Sequence record: DRR723986_6727
Strand: one strand, 5' to 3'
DNA: 20,000 nt
How positions within the stretch are numbered: the stretch's first letter is position 1; each line of letters opens with the position of its first letter. The notes beneath the pieces are model-generated. The model did not search any database. It was not told where the DNA came from and was given only the letters and a program-made list of their open reading frames with translations. Position numbers and translations under genes: made by a program. Of the stretch, positions 15,422 to 20,000 are shown piece after piece.

Positions 15422-17329
15422 TTAATCGTTTACAATGTAGAAATAAGAACGTCTGTTTAGTTGGTGTTTTTCTTCGGTACATTTTACGCGGTTAGCACAT
15501 TTATTTAATAGTTGCGTTTCGCCATAACCAATGGCACTTTCAATTCTGCTAGCATCAATACCTCTTGAGATAATATAATCTCTTGTTGATTTAGCTCTTC
15601 TGTCTGAAAGCTTCATATTATAGCGATCTCCACCACGACTATCTGTATGTGATTCAATTTTAATAATTATATTAGGGTGTTTACGCAACACATCTACAAT
15701 GTTTTCAAGATCGTATTGTGCGTCGGTTCTAATATTCCATTTGTCAAAATCAAAGAATATCGGGTTAATTACAATTTGATTGTCTATAATTAATGGTATT
15801 AATTCTAGGTTAGCAGTAATACTTTTGTCATTCTCATCCGTAGTTTTTACAGAGGTTTGATCTTCCTTATAATCAATCTTATTGCCAACAACAGTGTACA
15901 TTTTATTACAATCTACAGAAAATACATACTCGCTTTTTTCTTGTGTATTTATTTCTTCAATTACTTTACCTGTTTCGTCAATTAATCTAATATTAACTCC
16001 TGTTAAAGGTATACCAGTTTGGGCATCAATGATTGTACCCTTTATTTCTTGTTTGCACTGGAAAGAATTAAAACTATATATATCATCTCCACCTTTACCA
16101 TCTGGTCTGTTAGAAGAAAAATAGCCTTTTTTACTATCAGATTCCATAAAGAAAGCAAAATCATCATAACCACTATTATATGGTGCACCCATATTTTCTG
16201 GTTCAGAATCATCACCTTTTAAGATGTTGGATTTAAAAATATCTAATAAACCTAAATTTAAATAACCATCTGATGAGAAATATAAAGTACCGTCTTTGGC
16301 AACAAACGGAAACATTTCTCTGCCCTCAGTATTGATTTTCTCTCCCATGTTTTCTGGTTCGCCGTAAGTGCCATCCTCATTAATTTGAACAGAATATATA
16401 TCGGTTTGACCTATGCCACCTTCGCGATCAGAAACAAAATATAATGTTTTATTATCTGCGCTAAGTGCAGGATGACCAGTTGAAAACACATCGTCATTGA
16501 ATGGTAATTCCTCAATATCTGACCAATTACCATCTACTAAAATCGCCTTATATATTTTTAAATGCGATGTGCCTTTTTTGTCGTAATCTAAACGATTTCT
16601 TTTAGTTACATTATCTCTGGTAAAATACATGGTATTGCTATCATTTGTAATGGCTACCGAAGCTTCATGGTAATCTGTGTTAATTTTATCTGCTTTTAAA
16701 TCATTCACTGATCCATAAGATCTTGTATTACCATTATCAGTAATTGCAACCTGATACAAATCTAAGAAAGGTTCTTTATTCCAATTGTAAATCTTATTGT
16801 CTTCACCTCTAGCAGAGGCAAAGAATAAGGTGTTATTACTTATGTAAGATCCAAAATCAGAGTATTCTGAGTTTATATCTAAATTTTCTATATCTACAAT
16901 TAAATTTTCTTTCATTGAAGTTAATTGGTTGTATAAATCAACTTCGTCTGGGTTATAACCCTTAAGTCTACTATCTCCTTGTTGAGCAGCACTTAGTTCT
17001 TTAAACCAGCGATCTGCTTCTTCATAGTTACCAATACTTCTAAGTGACTGAATATACTTATATAAATATTCAGCATCTAGCTTATTATGTCTTTTCAAAG
17101 CTTCAGCATACCAGAAGGCAGCCTTATCGGATTTAGAATTACTATAATAAGCATCTCCTAAGCGTGTAAGTACATGTGCACTACTATCACCTTTTTCTAC
17201 TGCTTTCTCATACAATTCAATAGCTTTTACATAGCCAAAATTCTTAAAGAATTTATCTGCTAACTTCGTTTGTGAAAAAGATAACGAACAGCTTAAAGTA
17301 AGGATGAGAACTATTATTCTTGTTTTCAT
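15422..17329 (-). CDS. PorE-like OmpA-family protein (TPR, PD40 beta-propeller, carboxypeptidase-regulatory-like and OmpA_C domains)
   Basis: Start MKTRIIVLIL at 17329. TPR (YVKAIELYEK, RLGDAYY), PD40 repeats (GHPALSADNKTLYFVSDREGGIGQTDIY, YFSSNRPDGKGGDDIYSF), OmpA_C (IFFDFDKWNIR, IESHTDSRG, NMKLSDRRAKS, GYGETQL, LNRRS). Confidence 0.93.
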   Translation of the reverse strand: MKTRIIVLILTLSCSLSFSQTKLADKFFKNFGYVKAIELYEKAVEKGDSSAHVLTRLGDAYYSNSKSDKAAFWYAEALKRHNKLDAEYLYKYIQSLRSIGNYEEADRWFKELSAAQQGDSRLKGYNPDEVDLYNQLTSMKENLIVDIENLDINSEYSDFGSYISNNTLFFASARGEDNKIYNWNKEPFLDLYQVAITDNGNTRSYGSVNDLKADKINTDYHEASVAITNDSNTMYFTRDNVTKRNRLDYDKKGTSHLKIYKAILVDGNWSDIEELPFNDDVFSTGHPALSADNKTLYFVSDREGGIGQTDIYSVQINEDGTYGEPENMGEKINTEGREMFPFVAKDGTLYFSSDGYLNLGLLDIFKSNILKGDDSEPENMGAPYNSGYDDFAFFMESDSKKGYFSSNRPDGKGGDDIYSFNSFQCKQEIKGTIIDAQTGIPLTGVNIRLIDETGKVIEEINTQEKSEYVFSVDCNKMYTVVGNKIDYKEDQTSVKTTDENDKSITANLELIPLIIDNQIVINPIFFDFDKWNIRTDAQYDLENIVDVLRKHPNIIIKIESHTDSRGGDRYNMKLSDRRAKSTRDYIISRGIDASRIESAIGYGETQLLNKCANRVKCTEEKHQLNRRSYFYIVND

Positions 17330-17342
17330 ATTGCGTTTCTTT

Positions 17343-18278
17343 TTAGAAGTATCTTGGTGATTTAATTCGTTTACTTTTAAAGACTTCGAACATAAGTAGT
17401 ACTTCGTGAGTACCACTTGTATAAGGTCTTATATCTGAAATAGGATATTCATATGCATAACCAATTCTTAATTGTTTAGACACTTGAAAATCTGCAATAC
17501 CACCTATTGCCGCAGCAGATTCATTTATTCTGTAACCTGCACCAACCCAGAATGTTTCATTGAACAAAAAGTTTGCCGATATATCAAATGATAGTGGTGC
17601 ACCATTTGTAGCTTTTAATAAAACGGATGGCTTTAACTTTGTGTTTTCGCTTAAGTCAAATACATAACCACCAGTCACGTAATAACTAATACGCTCAAGT
17701 GCAACATAATCAATAGAACCGTTTCTACCTTTATTATAATCCGTATTAAGTATTCTAGGAGCTGAAAGTCCTAAATACCAACGGTTTGAGTGCCAATATA
17801 AACCAGCACCAATATTTGGACTCCATCGATTAGAAACATCATTAAAGAATGGGTCATTTACAACTGAAGGATCATTTAATAATTCTTCATCTAAATTATA
17901 GTGAGTAAAACCACCCTTTATACCAAAGGCAAGTTTTGATTCTACACCAGTTTGTATAGTGTATGAAAAATCACCGTAGATGTAAGAGAAATTCTCATAT
18001 CCTAGTTTATCATTTATAAATGAAAGTCCTAAACCTATTTTTTCATTTCTCAAAGGAGTATGAATAGATAGCGTCTGAGTTTCTGGTCCACCTTCTAATC
18101 CAACCCACTGACTTCTATGAAGACCAACGGCACTGAATGTTTCTCTACTACCAGCATAAGCCGGATTAATAGAAATGGTGTTGAACATGTATTGCGTAAA
18201 CTGAGGCAGCTGCTGCGAAAAGGCAGTAGAGACACTCAATAAAAGTATAGCAATACTTAAAAATTTAGATAACTTCAT
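17343..18278 (-). CDS. Type IX secretion system PorP/SprF family outer-membrane protein
   Basis: Signal peptide then QQLPQFTQYMFNTISINPAYAG, HRSQWVGLEGGPETQT, IGYAYEY, GTHEVLL and C-terminal SPRYF. Confidence 0.95.
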   Translation of the reverse strand: MKLSKFLSIAILLLSVSTAFSQQLPQFTQYMFNTISINPAYAGSRETFSAVGLHRSQWVGLEGGPETQTLSIHTPLRNEKIGLGLSFINDKLGYENFSYIYGDFSYTIQTGVESKLAFGIKGGFTHYNLDEELLNDPSVVNDPFFNDVSNRWSPNIGAGLYWHSNRWYLGLSAPRILNTDYNKGRNGSIDYVALERISYYVTGGYVFDLSENTKLKPSVLLKATNGAPLSFDISANFLFNETFWVGAGYRINESAAAIGGIADFQVSKQLRIGYAYEYPISDIRPYTSGTHEVLLMFEVFKSKRIKSPRYF

Positions 18279-18287
18279 CGGTTAAGT

Positions 18288-20000
18288 TTATTTAGTTGCA
18301 ACGTAGATAGGACCAGCAAATGGTTCTAATCCACTATTTCTTAGATTTATGATATAATAATATGTTCCTGTTGGGACCTTTCCAGAACTTCCTACTGAAG
18401 ATCCGTATGCATCGCCATTCCAATCATTTTGGTAATTGTTAGATTTATATATCTGAGCTCCCCATCTGTTAAATATTTGTAATTCTATTACAAATCCACA
18501 ATCTTCAATTCCACTAACTGTGAAGAATTCATTAAAGTTGTCACCATTAGCTGTAACTGTTTTAGAAATTACAACATCATCTTTACCACAGGCTAATACA
18601 ACACAATCATCATCAATGGTTACATTAACTTCAATTTCTCTGGGACATGGACCATCTGTAATTGAATACATAAATGTATATAATCCTAAATCTACAGATG
18701 ATGGGTCAAATAGACTACTGTTTATTGTCGCATTTCCAGCAACAACACTCCATGTGCCGTTCATATCAAAATCACCAGTAAGTAAATCGAATAAGTCAAA
18801 TTCTATATCTTCAATACAACGTGTACTGTCAAATGCATTGATAACATTACTAATCTCTACATTAATATTTTGAACAAACTCAGCGACATTACCACAATCA
18901 TCTGATACAATCCATGTTCTTATGATTTCATAATCTTCAAAATCGTTAGCTTGAGTAGATACTTCATTGAATGTCACTTCCATATTATTAGAACAAGCAT
19001 CTTCAAATACAAGTTCAGGAATTTCTGGAATATCATCACACGCGGCAATAACATTTTCATCAAATGGAGTTACTAATGCAGGTGCTGTTGTGTCTTGAAC
19101 GCTAATAATTTGTGTGTAAACATTATCATTTCCACAAGTATCAGTTGCAGTCCAGGTTCTTTCGATAATGAAATCACCGACACATGCACCTTCTGTAATT
19201 ATTTCTTCAAACGTTACTGTAGCAGCACTGCAATTGTCTGTAGCGGTTAATGTTTCTGCTGTTGGTACGGCATTACATTCTACTGTTATATCTGAAGGTA
19301 AATCTTCATTAAACTCTGGTGCTGTTGTGTCTGTAACGGTAATAGTCTGTGTATGTGAGACTTCATTGTTACATTCATCAGTTGCAGTCCAAACTCTAAC
19401 TAATACGTATTCGTTTTCACAAGAACCAGCAGTGTTAGTTTCTTCAAACACTACGCTTATGTTATCACTACAATTGTCAATAGCTGTTATAGCTTCAGCT
19501 GTTGGTACTGCATCACATTCTACAGAAATATCACTTGGGAGAGTACCTTCAAAAGTTGGAGCTCTAGTGTCTTCAACATTTATTGTTTGTTGAGCTGTTG
19601 TTACATTATTACATGCATCGGTTAAGGTCCAAGTTCTTACTATCATAAATGTATTTGCACAACTACCATCAGTAATTGTATCTGTGAATATCGCTTCTAA
19701 ACCAGAATCACAATTATCTGCTTCATCAGTTACATCACCTGTTAAACTAAAATCGTTAGTATCAATATCACATTCAACTGTTATATCCGCAGGTACTGTA
19801 AAGGTTGGTGCTGTAGTATCAACAACATTTATAGATTGTGTCTGAGTCGTTGTATTTCCACAGTCATCTATTAATGTCCATATACGTGTTATTACCATTT
19901 CATTAGTACAATTACCATCGGCCATGCTGTCAGTATAGGTAGCATCTAAAGAGGTATCACAATTATCTGATTCATCAGAGACATCACCTGTAACTGTAAG
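18288..20000 (-). CDS. Large surface adhesin-like T9SS cargo with Cys-rich HYR/Ig-like repeats and a type-B (gliding motility-associated) C-terminal domain; 5' end outside the window
   Basis: Frame is open to position 20000 (LTVTGDVSDESDNCDTSLDATYTDSMADG...). CTD motifs TANGDNFNEFF, IFNRWG, YQNDWNG, GTYYYII. Adjacent to a PorP/SprF gene. Confidence 0.93.
   Translation of the reverse strand, partial: LTVTGDVSDESDNCDTSLDATYTDSMADGNCTNEMVITRIWTLIDDCGNTTTQTQSINVVDTTAPTFTVPADITVECDIDTNDFSLTGDVTDEADNCDSGLEAIFTDTITDGSCANTFMIVRTWTLTDACNNVTTAQQTINVEDTRAPTFEGTLPSDISVECDAVPTAEAITAIDNCSDNISVVFEETNTAGSCENEYVLVRVWTATDECNNEVSHTQTITVTDTTAPEFNEDLPSDITVECNAVPTAETLTATDNCSAATVTFEEIITEGACVGDFIIERTWTATDTCGNDNVYTQIISVQDTTAPALVTPFDENVIAACDDIPEIPELVFEDACSNNMEVTFNEVSTQANDFEDYEIIRTWIVSDDCGNVAEFVQNINVEISNVINAFDSTRCIEDIEFDLFDLLTGDFDMNGTWSVVAGNATINSSLFDPSSVDLGLYTFMYSITDGPCPREIEVNVTIDDDCVVLACGKDDVVISKTVTANGDNFNEFFTVSGIEDCGFVIELQIFNRWGAQIYKSNNYQNDWNGDAYGSSVGSSGKVPTGTYYYIINLRNSGLEPFAGPIYVATK
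18855..20000 (-). repeat. Tandem ~80-aa HYR-like repeats (4 complete, 1 partial)
   Basis: Units begin DT[TR]AP at 19820, 19571, 19331 and 19094 (83, 80, 79 and 80 aa). Consensus P-x-D-I-T-V-E-C...D-N-C...G-x-C...R-T-W-T-x-T-D-x-C-x-N...Q-x-I-x-V. Confidence 0.92.

Noticed and set aside
17330..17416. N-terminal extension of the OmpA ORF given in the track
   Set aside because: It overlaps the PorP gene and buries the signal peptide. ATG 17329 (aatATG, MKTRIIVLIL) is the credible start.
14330..19593. ORFs 14330-14536 (-), 15882-16124, 16019-16222, 18520-18873 and 19168-19593 (+)
   Set aside because: Antisense to the well-supported CAP, OmpA and adhesin genes.
1..20000. Prophage, defence island, retron/DGR, tRNA/rRNA or other mobile system
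   Set aside because: No integrase, transposase, reverse transcriptase, nuclease-effector or structural RNA signature was seen. The intergenic gaps are short and explained by promoters and terminators.

Overview
AT-rich bacterial chromosomal window of Bacteroidota origin, most likely a marine Flavobacteriaceae. Support for this: TAnnTTTG/-33 TTTG promoters, no clear Shine-Dalgarno motifs and often A at -3, signal peptides ending just before Gln, and type IX secretion (T9SS) genes. Gene order: an ECF sigma / membrane anti-sigma-like / secreted repeat-protein operon (minus), divergent from lon-LysM(x3)-porQ-cmk; a frameshifted small LysM (Kbp-like) gene; rpsA; pyrR-pyrB-small ORF-rnz; a STAS/SpoIIAA-like gene; pdxH; a CAP-domain lipoprotein; a PhyH-family dioxygenase pseudogene with three in-frame TAA stops; and the 3' end of a T9SS type-B cargo locus (Cys-rich repeat adhesin, PorP/SprF, PorE-like OmpA). 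This is mostly core genome. I see no mobile element, CRISPR array, rRNA/tRNA or defence system. The best leads are a ~21-bp-periodic ATCGA operator array upstream of the CAP gene, a 472-codon lysine-free acidic adhesin stalk, two disrupted genes the ORF track misses, a structured rpsA leader, candidate sigma54/TGACA-N3-TGTCA control of lon, and an uncharacterised small ORF tightly coupled to RNase Z. All calls come from reading motifs by eye; no database searches were run.
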